The notes beneath the pieces are model-generated. The model searched no databases and was not told where the DNA came from. It saw nothing but the letters and a program-made list of their open reading frames with translations. The translations under genes and the position numbers were made by a program. A stretch of 64,000 nucleotides of DNA from Candidatus Heimdallarchaeota archaeon (lineage in GTDB: Archaea; Asgardarchaeota; Heimdallarchaeia; Heimdallarchaeales; Heimdallarchaeaceae): the NCBI GenBank assembly GCA_018238545.1, contig JABCTC010000017.1:8836-72835 (forward strand), in the 5' to 3' direction. Position 1 is the stretch's first letter, and every line of letters begins with the position of its first letter. Shown here one piece after another: positions 1-10,391 of the stretch.

Positions 1-57
1 TATATGAAAGAAAAACGAGAGAAATATTTAGAACAAAAGCTCGAAGAAACATTATAA
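1..57 (+). CDS. 3' end of a gene entering the window (YMKEKREKYLEQKLEETL*)
   Basis: Open frame from base 1 to TAA at 55-57. Confidence 0.5.
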   Translation, partial: YMKEKREKYLEQKLEETL

Positions 58-113
58 CTTGATAGTTCAAAACTTGTGAAAGTTTTTATTAAAGCATTGT
101 AAAAATCATACTT

Positions 114-1489
114 ATGACTAATGAAGTACCTTTAGGCAGAAATCTTGCATACGCTACCGGAGAAATAACTGATGCAGTAGCCTATCATGTATTCTCGTTT
201 CTTATTTTTACTTTTTATTATGCGTTGTTGGGATAGAAATTAAGTATATCATGCTGATGTATATACTTTGGTCTGTCTATAATGCCTTTAATGATCCTAT
301 CCTTGGAGGTTTATCAGATAAAACTAGAACAAAGAAATTTGGTGGTGGAAGAAGAAGGTCTTGGATGGTCGTAATGCTGATTCCTCTAGCGTTGATAATG
401 TTCTTCTTGTTTACACCTTTTGCAACTTATGCGGAAGCTCCAGTTTGGACAGTAATCTACTTCTTCTTAATTATCTGTCTTTTTGACACAATTTATACTG
501 CTTTTTCTCTTAGTAGAACTTCACTATACCCTGAAATGTTTAGAACTGACAGAGCTAGAGAAGAAGCTGGAATGGGAAGGAGAATTATGATGGTATTTGG
601 CTTGATAGTTGCAATGGTTGTACCTACCTTAATCATTCCAGATTTAACCATATCCACTCAAAGTAATATCTACAATTATTGGATTGCTGGTGCTGTTTTA
701 GGAATTATTGCTTTCATTACAGGATTTATCAATATTAAGTGGGGTGTAAAATAACCTCCTGTTGAAGAATTAGAACAAAAGGATACCATGGGTGTATTCC
801 AATCAATTTGGTACACAATCAAGAACTGGAAATTTGTTGTTTTTGCATTATGTTCAACTATGAACTGGTATGTGTTCGGCATGTTTCCAATGATAATTCC
901 AATATATACAAAATTCGCACTTGGAATGCCAGAAGGCATATACGCTAGCATCTTACTCTTAGTAGCGTTTATTAGTTCTGCCCCTGGAGTCGTTCTCTGG
1001 ACGTTTGTAGATAGAAAATTAGGTAGTAAAGTTGGTTTTATTATATCCCAAGCATTTTGGATAGCTGTTCTTATTCCAATGTTTTTCATAACAGATTACA
1101 CTATTGCATTGATTATGTTTGTTTTCAATGGAATTGCATTGGGTGGTTCACCCTACTTCATTGATAGAAATATTTCAAATATTGTAGACGAAGATGAATT
1201 GAAAACAAACCAAAGAAGAGAAGGTTCCTACTATGGTGTTCATGCACTATTTGTTAGATTGGCTGCAATTTTAGGTATTGTATCAGTTACTGTGATTCTA
1301 TCAAAATACGGTTGGTCACTATTTAACCCTGAAAATGTTACCGGGGATCTATTAGCGGGATTAAGGTCATTAGTATCAATCTTCCCATCAGTAGCATTAG
1401 CTTTGGGAATAACCTTTCTATTATTCTTCCCAATTAACAAAAAAACCATTGCAGAAATACACGAAAAAACTAAACCGAAGAATCTTTAA
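114..1489 (+). pseudogene. GPH-family (MelB-like) MFS transporter with a frameshift and an in-frame stop
   Basis: ATG at 114 gives MTNEVPLGRNLAYATGE...; frame change near 224; NAFNDPILGGLSDKTRT..GRRR motif; TAA at 752-754 is in frame with the 788..1489 ORF (DEDELKTNQRREGSYYG). Confidence 0.8.
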
Positions 1490-1545
1490 ATTCTTCATTT
1501 TTATTCTTTTTAATCCTTTATTATAAGTGAAAGATAAGGAAGTGA

Positions 1546-2514
1546 TTACTTTGTAGTAAATCTTGCTTCCAAATATTCAGCTGCTGTTAAAGCTGCTATA
1601 GTTGCTAAACCAACTGAAGTTGTTACTTGACGACTTAGTGGGTTTTTTATCTTTGAAGTTACATCTCCAGCTGAGAATACACCCGGAACATTTGTTTGGC
1701 AATCATCATCTATTTTGATTAACCCACCTTCAAGTTCAACGTCTAACATTTCTGCAATTTCAATATTAGGGATGGCACCAATTTCTGCAAAAATCCCATC
1801 TACTTTGAGGGATGTTCCATCTTGAAATAGAACTTCTTCCACAGTATTCGTTCCTTTGATTTCAGTTACTTGTTTGCTATACAATATCTCTATATTTTCT
1901 TTAGCATTGGCACGCTCTATATAGATTCTTTCACATTTTAAGTAATCAGAACGTGAAACCCAGAAAATCTTCTTTGCACCAACAGACGATAGAGCTAAAG
2001 TTCCAGTTGCTGCTGCATCACCACTACCTACTACAATCACTGTTTTTTCTTTAAAGAAAGCTGCGTCACATGTTGCACAGTAACTAACACCTTTTCCAAC
2101 GAATTCCTTCTCACCTGGAACATTAAGTTCCATATGTCTTCCACCAGTTGCTAAAATAAGTGCTTTAACAAGATAGTTACCCATATCAGTTTTTATAAGA
2201 AAACGGTTGTCCTTAGTTTTTTCAGCTTTTTCAACTTCACCAAAAACAATTGTAGTACCAAACTTTTCAGCTTGATCTTTCATCTTATCAGTTAATTCAA
2301 TTCCAGAAATATTTTCGAATCCAGGGTAGTTTTCAATTTCTAAGGCTAAACCCATTTGTCCTCCATAATCTCTTCCAATACAAACTACGTTTATACCTGC
2401 TCTAGACGCGTAAATTGCTGATGTTAAACCAGCTGGTCCCAAACCTATAATTCCTAATTCAAATTCTTTTATTTCTGTACTTTCTTCTTCTTCTTTTGGA
2501 GATAATATTAACAT
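1546..2514 (-). CDS. trxB: Thioredoxin-disulfide reductase
   Basis: GxGPAG FAD motif, IENYPG, GVSYCATCD active site, GVFSAGDV. Confidence 0.9.
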   Translation of the reverse strand: MLILSPKEEEESTEIKEFELGIIGLGPAGLTSAIYASRAGINVVCIGRDYGGQMGLALEIENYPGFENISGIELTDKMKDQAEKFGTTIVFGEVEKAEKTKDNRFLIKTDMGNYLVKALILATGGRHMELNVPGEKEFVGKGVSYCATCDAAFFKEKTVIVVGSGDAAATGTLALSSVGAKKIFWVSRSDYLKCERIYIERANAKENIEILYSKQVTEIKGTNTVEEVLFQDGTSLKVDGIFAEIGAIPNIEIAEMLDVELEGGLIKIDDDCQTNVPGVFSAGDVTSKIKNPLSRQVTTSVGLATIAALTAAEYLEARFTTK

Positions 2515-2590
2515 TTAATCACTTTGTCTTACTTTGTACAATCTAACTTATTTATTTTCTCTATACTCCTTTTAAAGAATTAAGTTATTA

Positions 2591-3367
2591 CTAAATATTT
2601 TTTCTTACTGGTTCTTTCTCACTTTCAAATAAAATTATTGTAATTGTGATAAAAACACATCCGAGAATAAATAGTACGACACAGTTCAAAGCTATTACCA
2701 ATGGAGTAAAATCTCTAAGTAGTAAGTTTGTCGATAATTGGAAAGCATTGTAGTTGATTATACTATCAAAGGCAAGAAACGATGTCACTAAGGAGATAAC
2801 TAACACTATTCCTGCTGATATTGCCCCAGCAGAGATTTGACTTTTAGCTATGGTTGAGATTAATATTCCTATACTCATATACACAAACAGAATTAAAGCG
2901 TAAACAGCTAATGATAGAAGAAGTGATACTATCTCAACAGGTCCTACAAGCAGAGAAGTAATAAAGTAAGCAAACAGTGTCCCAATAATTGTTCCTATTA
3001 ATATGATAATATATCTAGCAAACAATTTTGTCAAAATAATCGAGTAAACAGGAATGGTTTTAGTTCGAATAAGAACTAATGTATTTTTTTCTCTTTCTCC
3101 CGCAATTGCATCTGCACAAAGGATAACAGCTAATATTGAAACTATGCTGTTAACGTTGCTCATATAACTTTGAATAGCCATTTCAGGTGTCAATTCAGGC
3201 ATAAGACCTTCTATCATGGGTATAATGTCTGGTAATATCATCAGCATCCCTATAGTTAGAGCACCAAAAATTGCTAGACCTATAGATAAAGGTAGAATTC
3301 TCCCTCGATTGTATATCCACTCTTTCTTAATAAGAGCATAGACTGGATTAGTTTTTGAAGAATTCAT
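2591..3367 (-). CDS. ABC-2 type exporter permease
   Basis: About 6 TM helices, IAGEREKNTL motif, downstream of an ABC ATPase. Confidence 0.85.
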   Translation of the reverse strand: MNSSKTNPVYALIKKEWIYNRGRILPLSIGLAIFGALTIGMLMILPDIIPMIEGLMPELTPEMAIQSYMSNVNSIVSILAVILCADAIAGEREKNTLVLIRTKTIPVYSIILTKLFARYIIILIGTIIGTLFAYFITSLLVGPVEIVSLLLSLAVYALILFVYMSIGILISTIAKSQISAGAISAGIVLVISLVTSFLAFDSIINYNAFQLSTNLLLRDFTPLVIALNCVVLFILGCVFITITIILFESEKEPVRKNI

Positions 3368-4284
3368 GATGCAGTCACCATCCTTGTAAAAATTTGATCT
3401 AAATCTGGAATATTTGGACCAAAAGAAACTATTTCAAAATCCTTCATTATATCCTTGATGACCTCAGATATCAAATCTTTGTTTTCAGTTTTGAACAAAA
3501 GCTTATCATTTTGAATGCCAATCACCGAAACTTTAGGATAATTTTCTAGATATTCTTTGATTGCTTCTAATCCCATTTTTACAGTTAAGAAATAAGAATC
3601 ATCACTCATCTTGGAAAGAATGTTTTCGGGTTGATCTTCAACTATTAGTTCACCTTGATTTATAACAAAAATTTTTTCACATAATCTCCATATATCAGCC
3701 AAGATATGACTTGAGAAGAGAACTATCCGATCTTTAGCAAGCTCTCGCATAAGTTTTGTAATATGTTCTCTATTTATTGGATCTAGACCTGATAGACTTT
3801 CATCAAGAATTAAAATTTCAGGATCATGTAGCAGTATGCTAGCGAATAATAGCAACCTTCTTTGACCTGTAGATAGATACTTGACTATCTTGCTAGGGGG
3901 ATAGTTAATACCAACGAATTCAACAACTTCTTTGACCTTATTTTTTCTTTCTTCTTTAGGAATGCCATGCATACCTGCCATAATGTGAAGAAATTGTTTA
4001 GCTGTTAGCTTTTCATATAAACCAGAATCTTCAGGTAGAAAACCTATTTTCCTTCTCACAGCGAAGTTCTTAGGTTTAACAAGATTACCATTAATGTATA
4101 CTTCTCCAGATGTTGGTACAAGAAGACTTGAAACACATTTGAGTAGGGTCGTTTTGCCAGCCCCATTTGGACCAATCAGCCCATAAAGACCAGTTTTCTC
4201 TATTTTTAGAGTAACCCCTTTTAGTGCTTGGATGTCTTGGAAGGACTTTTGTAAATTTTCTATTTCAATCCCATGATTCTTCAT
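3364..4284 (-). CDS. ABC exporter ATP-binding protein (probable start MKNHG at 4284)
   Basis: GPNGAGKTT Walker A, LSTGQ signature, LILDE Walker B, SSH switch. Confidence 0.9.
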   Translation of the reverse strand: MKNHGIEIENLQKSFQDIQALKGVTLKIEKTGLYGLIGPNGAGKTTLLKCVSSLLVPTSGEVYINGNLVKPKNFAVRRKIGFLPEDSGLYEKLTAKQFLHIMAGMHGIPKEERKNKVKEVVEFVGINYPPSKIVKYLSTGQRRLLLFASILLHDPEILILDESLSGLDPINREHITKLMRELAKDRIVLFSSHILADIWRLCEKIFVINQGELIVEDQPENILSKMSDDSYFLTVKMGLEAIKEYLENYPKVSVIGIQNDKLLFKTENKDLISEVIKDIMKDFEIVSFGPNIPDLDQIFTRMVTAS

Positions 4285-4495
4285 CTTCAGATTTCTCCAC
4301 AGGTAACCTTCCAAACAAGAAGTATAATATCCAACCAAACATGTTAACAAGAGCGATAGCCACTAACCATCCTATTTTGTTTACGTCACTTCTTTTATCA
4401 AACGACTTAATCAAATCATAAATTGCATAAACTTTGATTGCTAAATCAACCACAGCAATTGGAATAACAATTGCCAAAATAACCCAATCAACCAT
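4265..4495 (-). CDS. Small PLDc_N-type membrane protein (YxlE-like) heading the ABC operon
   Basis: Two TM helices, K..W..I...N.FGWILY..FGR pattern. Confidence 0.75.
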   Translation of the reverse strand: MVDWVILAIVIPIAVVDLAIKVYAIYDLIKSFDKRSDVNKIGWLVAIALVNMFGWILYFLFGRLPVEKSEDEESWD

Positions 4496-4583
4496 TATTA
4501 TCTTGACAATCTTGAGATTCAACAATATAAATATTCTCAAATGTAAAATAAAAGAGTAAAAAGTTCAGCAAAATGAAACAGCA

Positions 4584-4958
4584 CTATTTTTCATATGAGA
4601 ACAGCTGTGTTATCATCTTTGCAAGTTTCAGAATACTAAATGGTTTTTGTATGAACTGTGAGACCCCCAATTTACTAGCTTCTTCCCTAACTGTTGGATC
4701 TGCCGTAATGAAAAGTATTTTTGTCTTTTTAGGTAAATCTTGGAAGTACATTTCTTTCAGAGTATCCAATCCATTCTTGATAGGCATCCGATGGTCTATG
4801 ATAATTACATCAGGATAATTTGGTAAATCACCAATTTCTTGAAGAGCTTGATGACCATTATACGCTGTGCCAATGATTTCATGTCCCTCCAAGGCTAATC
4901 CTTCCTTGTAGAGATATTGAATGGTCTCTTCATCATCGATTATGTATACTTTTGCCAT
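4584..4958 (-). CDS. Stand-alone response regulator receiver
   Basis: IIDDE, D.RMP.KNG, FITA, KPF motifs. Confidence 0.9.
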   Translation of the reverse strand: MAKVYIIDDEETIQYLYKEGLALEGHEIIGTAYNGHQALQEIGDLPNYPDVIIIDHRMPIKNGLDTLKEMYFQDLPKKTKILFITADPTVREEASKLGVSQFIQKPFSILKLAKMITQLFSYEK

Positions 4959-4960
4959 AT

Positions 4961-6847
4961 TTATCCCTCTAATAGAGTTATTACGACTACAGTGCCTTTT
5001 GATGGGTCATCAGCAACACGATTCTCAAATCGTATTTCACCATTGTATGATTCAATTATTGTTTTTGAGATATAGAGACCTAATCCTGTTCCTTCGTGAA
5101 ATCGACTATCACCACGCGATAAGGGTCTGAAAAAAGTTTCTCTAATTTCTTCGGGAATACCACTACCATAATCTGCTATTCTACATTCAAAGAATTCTTG
5201 ATTTTCAATTTCGAGTGGTTGGCAAGAAATTTCTATCACTGCTTCTTCTGATTTGTTGTGTTTTATAGCATTATTAATAATATTTTCAAAAACTGTTTGT
5301 AAGAGATCTCCACCAATTACAGAAATGTTATGTGGGGTTTTCATATCAATCTTAATTTTTCGATCTGGGAAAAGATTTTGTTGTATTTCAATTGCATTTT
5401 CTAACATAGCAATTGCAGGAACGCTTCCCTTTGTTTTTCTCTCCTGCTGAATCTTGAGTAATTGTTGAATAGTTTCAAGTATCCTTTCTCCTCTATCTAC
5501 AACACTAATGCTTCTGGTTAAATAATTTTTAATTTTGTCTGAATCCATATTTTCGAAATTTTGGTCAAGAAGCTCTAGATAACCTTGTACTGAAGTGTTA
5601 GTGTTGAGGAAATCATGTGATAAAATATCTAATAAAACTGAAACAAATTGTCGTTCCAACTCACTTTCCATATAAAGAAATTGATGTTCATAGTTTAATG
5701 TGATTTGATTTCCAAAAGTTAGGTATAAGTCAACATCTCCTGGTACAAAGAGATTTTTAACTTTAGAACCTATAATCATAAAACCTGCAGGAAGATTGTT
5801 CAGATGTAAAATCGAAACAATTGCAGATCTGCCATCTTTGTAAAGTTTACAGCCTCCATTTTTATAGTGCTTAACAAGATTCCCTTCTTTTGTTAAATCT
5901 TCTAACATTTCTTGAGGTGAAAAATCTTCATTTATCTCTCCATTTTCTGCAACTACATCTCCATCTATAAACACTAATCCACAATCAGCTGAAAAAATAT
6001 CTACTACATCCACAATAACTTTTTGCCAGAATAAGGAGAGATCTCTATATTTTGAGTAAAGAGCATACTTATTGAGTGTTGAAACGATTAATGATAATTT
6101 TTTTGTAGGTTCAATATTCGTAAAAAAACCAACTGATCCAATAACATTTTGGTTCTGATCATGCAGTAAGGATCCAACAACACTAAATGTTATGGGGCGT
6201 CCATCTTTATTGATTAAAATCAACTCGTAAGAACTAGAGCCTTTACTACCTTCAAGCCGATCTCTTGAAATTTGATGATACAAATCTCTAGAAGCTGGAT
6301 GGAAGAAATCAGTAATTGATTTGGTTTTAATTTCTTCAAAGGGGTATCCAAGAACTTCACACATTTTGTTATTAATGTAGATAGTGTTGCCTTTGATATC
6401 ATCAACCCAAAAACCAAGTTCACTGCCAATTGAAATTGCGTCCAGTAGAGACCGAATAAGTTCAGGAGGTTGATGCATTAGTGCTTTTGAACTTATATCG
6501 TGAGCATACCATAATCTTGCTGGCTTTTCGTCAAAAGTTATATCATTAACTTTTACGAAAACTAGAGAGACTGACCCGTCTTTATGCATTATCCGGACTT
6601 GGAGCTCAGCAGGAACTTTGCCTCCTTTATCTAAAATCTTTTGTCTCTCAAAGAAAATATGCTTGTCTTCTTCATGAACTAGATCCATTATATGTTTAGC
6701 TTCCATATCTGATGCAGAATACCCAGAAATCTCATAAAAAGCCGTATTTGCGAATGCCAAATCCCAGCTATGCATTGTAATGAACACAGCACTTGGCAAC
6801 ATATTAAGAGCTGTTTTCAAAGCTAAAGATTCTGGTGATTCATTCAT
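4961..6847 (-). CDS. PAS-PAS-GAF histidine kinase
   Basis: Two PAS repeats, SHD H-box, NIINNAIKH N-box, DYGSGI and GTGLGL G-boxes. Confidence 0.9.
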   Translation of the reverse strand: MNESPESLALKTALNMLPSAVFITMHSWDLAFANTAFYEISGYSASDMEAKHIMDLVHEEDKHIFFERQKILDKGGKVPAELQVRIMHKDGSVSLVFVKVNDITFDEKPARLWYAHDISSKALMHQPPELIRSLLDAISIGSELGFWVDDIKGNTIYINNKMCEVLGYPFEEIKTKSITDFFHPASRDLYHQISRDRLEGSKGSSSYELILINKDGRPITFSVVGSLLHDQNQNVIGSVGFFTNIEPTKKLSLIVSTLNKYALYSKYRDLSLFWQKVIVDVVDIFSADCGLVFIDGDVVAENGEINEDFSPQEMLEDLTKEGNLVKHYKNGGCKLYKDGRSAIVSILHLNNLPAGFMIIGSKVKNLFVPGDVDLYLTFGNQITLNYEHQFLYMESELERQFVSVLLDILSHDFLNTNTSVQGYLELLDQNFENMDSDKIKNYLTRSISVVDRGERILETIQQLLKIQQERKTKGSVPAIAMLENAIEIQQNLFPDRKIKIDMKTPHNISVIGGDLLQTVFENIINNAIKHNKSEEAVIEISCQPLEIENQEFFECRIADYGSGIPEEIRETFFRPLSRGDSRFHEGTGLGLYISKTIIESYNGEIRFENRVADDPSKGTVVVITLLEG

Positions 6848-7011
6848 TAAATATAAGAGGTTAAAATTACATATAAACTATATGAAAAAGGCTATGGGCT
6901 ATCTTTGTTAAGTTATTGGAAATTTCAGCAAGAATAAATGAAGCTAATAGATATATGCAAAGCTAAGATAGAAATAAAGAAAGACAAAATATATACATAA
7001 GGGGAGAAATT

Positions 7012-7860
7012 ATGCAATTCAATAAATCAATTGTTGAAATTATCACTAAACGCAGATCTGTTAGGACATATGATGCGACCAAAGATGTTGAAAAGGATAA
7101 AATTCAGATTATCGAAGAAGCTATGGTTGTAGAGAGAACAGAAGGTTTTCGATTTGTTATAGTTACATTTAATGAATTAAAATCAAGAAAAGAAAGGTTG
7201 GGGACATATGGTTTCATTCAGGGGGCGAAACTGTTCATGGTGGGGATAATGAGTGAGGATTATAGTGATAGAAAAAACCAGTCAATTAGCTTTGGTAGAA
7301 CATTTGAGAGAATTATTTTGAAAGCTACTGATTTAGGATTAGGAACTTGTTGGATGGTTTCAACATTTAATCGAAAGAAACTAAGCAAGAAAATAGGTTT
7401 AGGAGACCATGAAAATATTGCCATAGTATCACCTTTAGGTTATTCAGCTTTGAAGAAAAGACCTGTAGAAAGAATAATGCGTCAGATACCAAAATCAGAT
7501 CAAAGAAAAATTTGGGGAGAACTCTTCTTTCACAATGATTTCAAAACACCTCTTAATAGAGAAGATACAGGTCAATATAGAACTGCACTGGAGATGTTGA
7601 GATTGTCACCATCAGCAGCAAATACGCAACCGTGGCGAATAATTAAACAGAACGATGGATATGATCTATACGTAGTTAAAGATAATAGGGGTGCACGGCA
7701 TGTGATAGATTGTAACTACAATGATGTAGGAATAGCTATGTGTCACTTTGAATTGACAGCAAAAGAGATTGAATTATCTGGAGAATGGAAAATAGACCCC
7801 TTAAAAAATAATGCTCTAAAAAACAAAATGGAGTATGTTAGCACTTGGAAACCAATGTGA
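7012..7860 (+). CDS. Nitroreductase family protein
   Basis: RRSVRTY, GLGTCW, SPSAANTQPW. Confidence 0.85.
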   Translation: MQFNKSIVEIITKRRSVRTYDATKDVEKDKIQIIEEAMVVERTEGFRFVIVTFNELKSRKERLGTYGFIQGAKLFMVGIMSEDYSDRKNQSISFGRTFERIILKATDLGLGTCWMVSTFNRKKLSKKIGLGDHENIAIVSPLGYSALKKRPVERIMRQIPKSDQRKIWGELFFHNDFKTPLNREDTGQYRTALEMLRLSPSAANTQPWRIIKQNDGYDLYVVKDNRGARHVIDCNYNDVGIAMCHFELTAKEIELSGEWKIDPLKNNALKNKMEYVSTWKPM

Positions 7861-7919
7861 AAACTTTCTTAATTAGCGGCGTTTTCTGAAAAATAAAGAA
7901 AAAAGAAAAAAGGGGGGTT

Positions 7920-9296
7920 TTATTCGATAGGAGGTTTAATAAAACCGTTATCCATCAAACTTTTTGTTAGACTACGGGCTTCATCAATACGTTCTTTTGC
8001 AAGAGCATAGATTTCTTCCTCAGTCAGTATTGTACGAGCAACACCTTGTTCGATAGCTTTCATACCTACTTTAGATGCTACGTATGGAAAAATCTCAACA
8101 TCATCCATTGAAGGAATCACGAAATCATCTCTAAGACCCTTCTTCTCTGCAACTTCAGCAATAGCACGAGCAGCTTCGACACACATCTCGTCAGTAATGG
8201 TATTAGCATTAACATCGAGTGTTCCTCTGAAAATACCTGGAAAACCAAGACTATTATTGATTTGGTTTGGAAAGTCACTTCTACCAGTACCAACAACTCT
8301 TGCACCAGCTTCTTTGGAATCCCAAGGCCAAATCTCAGGAAGAGGATTAGCACAAGTGAAAACAATAGAATCTTTTGCCATGTTGGTTATCCATTCTTTT
8401 TTGATTGTACCTGGCTCAGACTTAGAAGCTGAAATGAGAACATCAGCACCTTGGAGAGCTACACCGAAATCACCTGTAATCCCATTTGGGTTGGTCTTTT
8501 GAGCTAAATCATACTTGAAAGTATCATAATCTTTTTGCTCAATAATGTCAGGACGATTTTTGGTAATTATGCCCTTGGAATCGCACATAATTATGTTCTC
8601 AAACGGAGCACCAGCAGCATGAAGAACGTAAGCTGTTCGAGTATTAGCTGCACCTACACCGAGCATAGCAATCTTAACTTCTTCAAGTTTCTTACCAACG
8701 TGTTTCAAAGCACCAAGAACTCCAGCTGTTACAATTGCAGCGGTTCCTTGAGCATCATCATGCCATACCGGAATAGTAATTTCAGGATCATTACGTAATG
8801 TTTCTAAGACTTTGTAGCATTTTGGTTTTGATATGTCTTCTAAGTTTATACCACCAAATGAAGGTTGTATCAATTTAACAAACTTGATTATTTCATCAGG
8901 ATCTTTTGTGTCAATACATAATGGTACTGCATCAACGCCACCTAAATATTTGAACAATAACGCTTTTCCTTCCATAACAGGCATTCCTGCCCCAGGTCCG
9001 ATGTCACCTAACCCGAGAACTCTTGTTCCATCAGAGACTACTGCGATAGTGTTTGCTCTGTTTGTTTGTCTGTAAGATTCTTCGGGGTCTTCTTTTATTG
9101 CTTTACAACTAGCTGCAACTCCTGGTGTATACCAAACACCAAAAGCATCGAAATTCCATATACTACATTTGGGAACAACTTGAATTTTTCCTTTGTAGAA
9201 AGGGTGTAACCTTAACGCATCAGCTGAAGGTTTATGTGCTCTAGCAAGCAATTCTTCTTTTGTAAACTTTTTTTCTGTCATAACTAACATCTTCAA
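7920..9296 (-). CDS. NAD(P)-dependent malic enzyme
   Basis: YTPGVA, SDGTRVLGLG, VMEGKALLFK, NLEDI, HDD.QGTA, GRSDFPNQINN. Confidence 0.95.
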   Translation of the reverse strand: MKMLVMTEKKFTKEELLARAHKPSADALRLHPFYKGKIQVVPKCSIWNFDAFGVWYTPGVAASCKAIKEDPEESYRQTNRANTIAVVSDGTRVLGLGDIGPGAGMPVMEGKALLFKYLGGVDAVPLCIDTKDPDEIIKFVKLIQPSFGGINLEDISKPKCYKVLETLRNDPEITIPVWHDDAQGTAAIVTAGVLGALKHVGKKLEEVKIAMLGVGAANTRTAYVLHAAGAPFENIIMCDSKGIITKNRPDIIEQKDYDTFKYDLAQKTNPNGITGDFGVALQGADVLISASKSEPGTIKKEWITNMAKDSIVFTCANPLPEIWPWDSKEAGARVVGTGRSDFPNQINNSLGFPGIFRGTLDVNANTITDEMCVEAARAIAEVAEKKGLRDDFVIPSMDDVEIFPYVASKVGMKAIEQGVARTILTEEEIYALAKERIDEARSLTKSLMDNGFIKPPIE

Positions 9297-9447
9297 AAAT
9301 TAATAGTTACTTCACATCAAAACATTCACCAATATATATGTTAGTATCAGACGATAAATTTGATGGCTTTCCATATATTGGTAATTATGTTGCTTATTGA
9401 GCATAAGATTTATTGACTTTTAATCACTTCAATATCAATGATGCGAA

Positions 9448-10143
9448 CTATTTGAAATAAGTCATTATCCTTTCTTTGTCTTCTTCCTCTAACTCATCTA
9501 AACCAGTGGTGTTTTGTTGACCAATTTTCTTCCAGAAAATGTACTTTTCATGATTCCATCTATAATTCAGATGGTCATCATAATAATAAGGTTCTCCAAC
9601 TCTAACCTTCCCCTTTTCAATTTTCATCCCACAAGATTTACAAGTAGATCTTCTACTTTTTGCATACTCGATTTTCCATTTCTCTTCTTTCTCTTCCATA
9701 CCCGGTGTTCCATTCTGCGTTATTTCCATGATTACATCATGTGGGTTTTTACCTTCTAGAAGATTGTCTGAGATTTTTAGATGGAAAGTATCATGTTTGT
9801 TCATAACAAAAGCTAGTTGAGCTGCCTTATCTTTTTTAAGTTCTTTTTCTATTTTTACTTTTGGAGGTAAATCATCATTCATCAAGATATATTTTGCACA
9901 AGCTTCTGACAATAATTTGGTTATTTCTTTTTTATTCATTGGTTGAAATTTGTTTCCTTCAACAATCCCGTATGTAGATTGAACGACTGTTCTACCAATA
10001 TCTTCAATGTATTCTTTTTCTTTTATGTTTACAAAAGAACCCGAAGGGATATCCTCTTCGATTTTATATATTTTGAAAGTATCAGGTTCGATGAACCATC
10101 CCCACTCATTCTCTGGATCTATTTTCATTTTCATTTCAAACAC
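9448..10143 (-). CDS. Protein with C-terminal PARP-type zinc finger
   Basis: EYAKSRRSTCKSCGMKIEKG..RVG...RWNH matches the zf-PARP pattern. Confidence 0.75.
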   Translation of the reverse strand: MFEMKMKIDPENEWGWFIEPDTFKIYKIEEDIPSGSFVNIKEKEYIEDIGRTVVQSTYGIVEGNKFQPMNKKEITKLLSEACAKYILMNDDLPPKVKIEKELKKDKAAQLAFVMNKHDTFHLKISDNLLEGKNPHDVIMEITQNGTPGMEEKEEKWKIEYAKSRRSTCKSCGMKIEKGKVRVGEPYYYDDHLNYRWNHEKYIFWKKIGQQNTTGLDELEEEDKERIMTYFK

Positions 10144-10351
10144 TTTTTTCCATTTTTATCAGCTAATTATTCGATTTTATTTTTATATTCATCTTTAGTG
10201 TGACACATTAACCAAAGTGATGACAATATTGTAAATTTAAAAGTGTTTTCAATTTATAAAGAAGGAATATTTTGCTAAGAGATTCATCTAGAATAGGTGA
10301 AAAAACTATCGTTTTATTTCCAAATGTTCTTTGTAAATGCTTTGCATTTTC

Positions 10352-10391
10352 GAGCGTAAGATTTATTGACTTTTGATTTTCTTTACTATTA
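10352..10391 (+). promoter_or_regulatory. Probable archaeal BRE/TATA promoter of a leaderless transcript; near-duplicate at 9399-9440
   Basis: TAAGATTTATTGA about 30 bp upstream of ATG 10392; 22/23 bp copy at 9399-9421. Confidence 0.5.

Noticed and set aside
752-754. Stop-codon recoding in the MFS gene
   Set aside because: TAA ends many genes in this window and the same gene also has a frameshift; decay or sequencing error is simpler.
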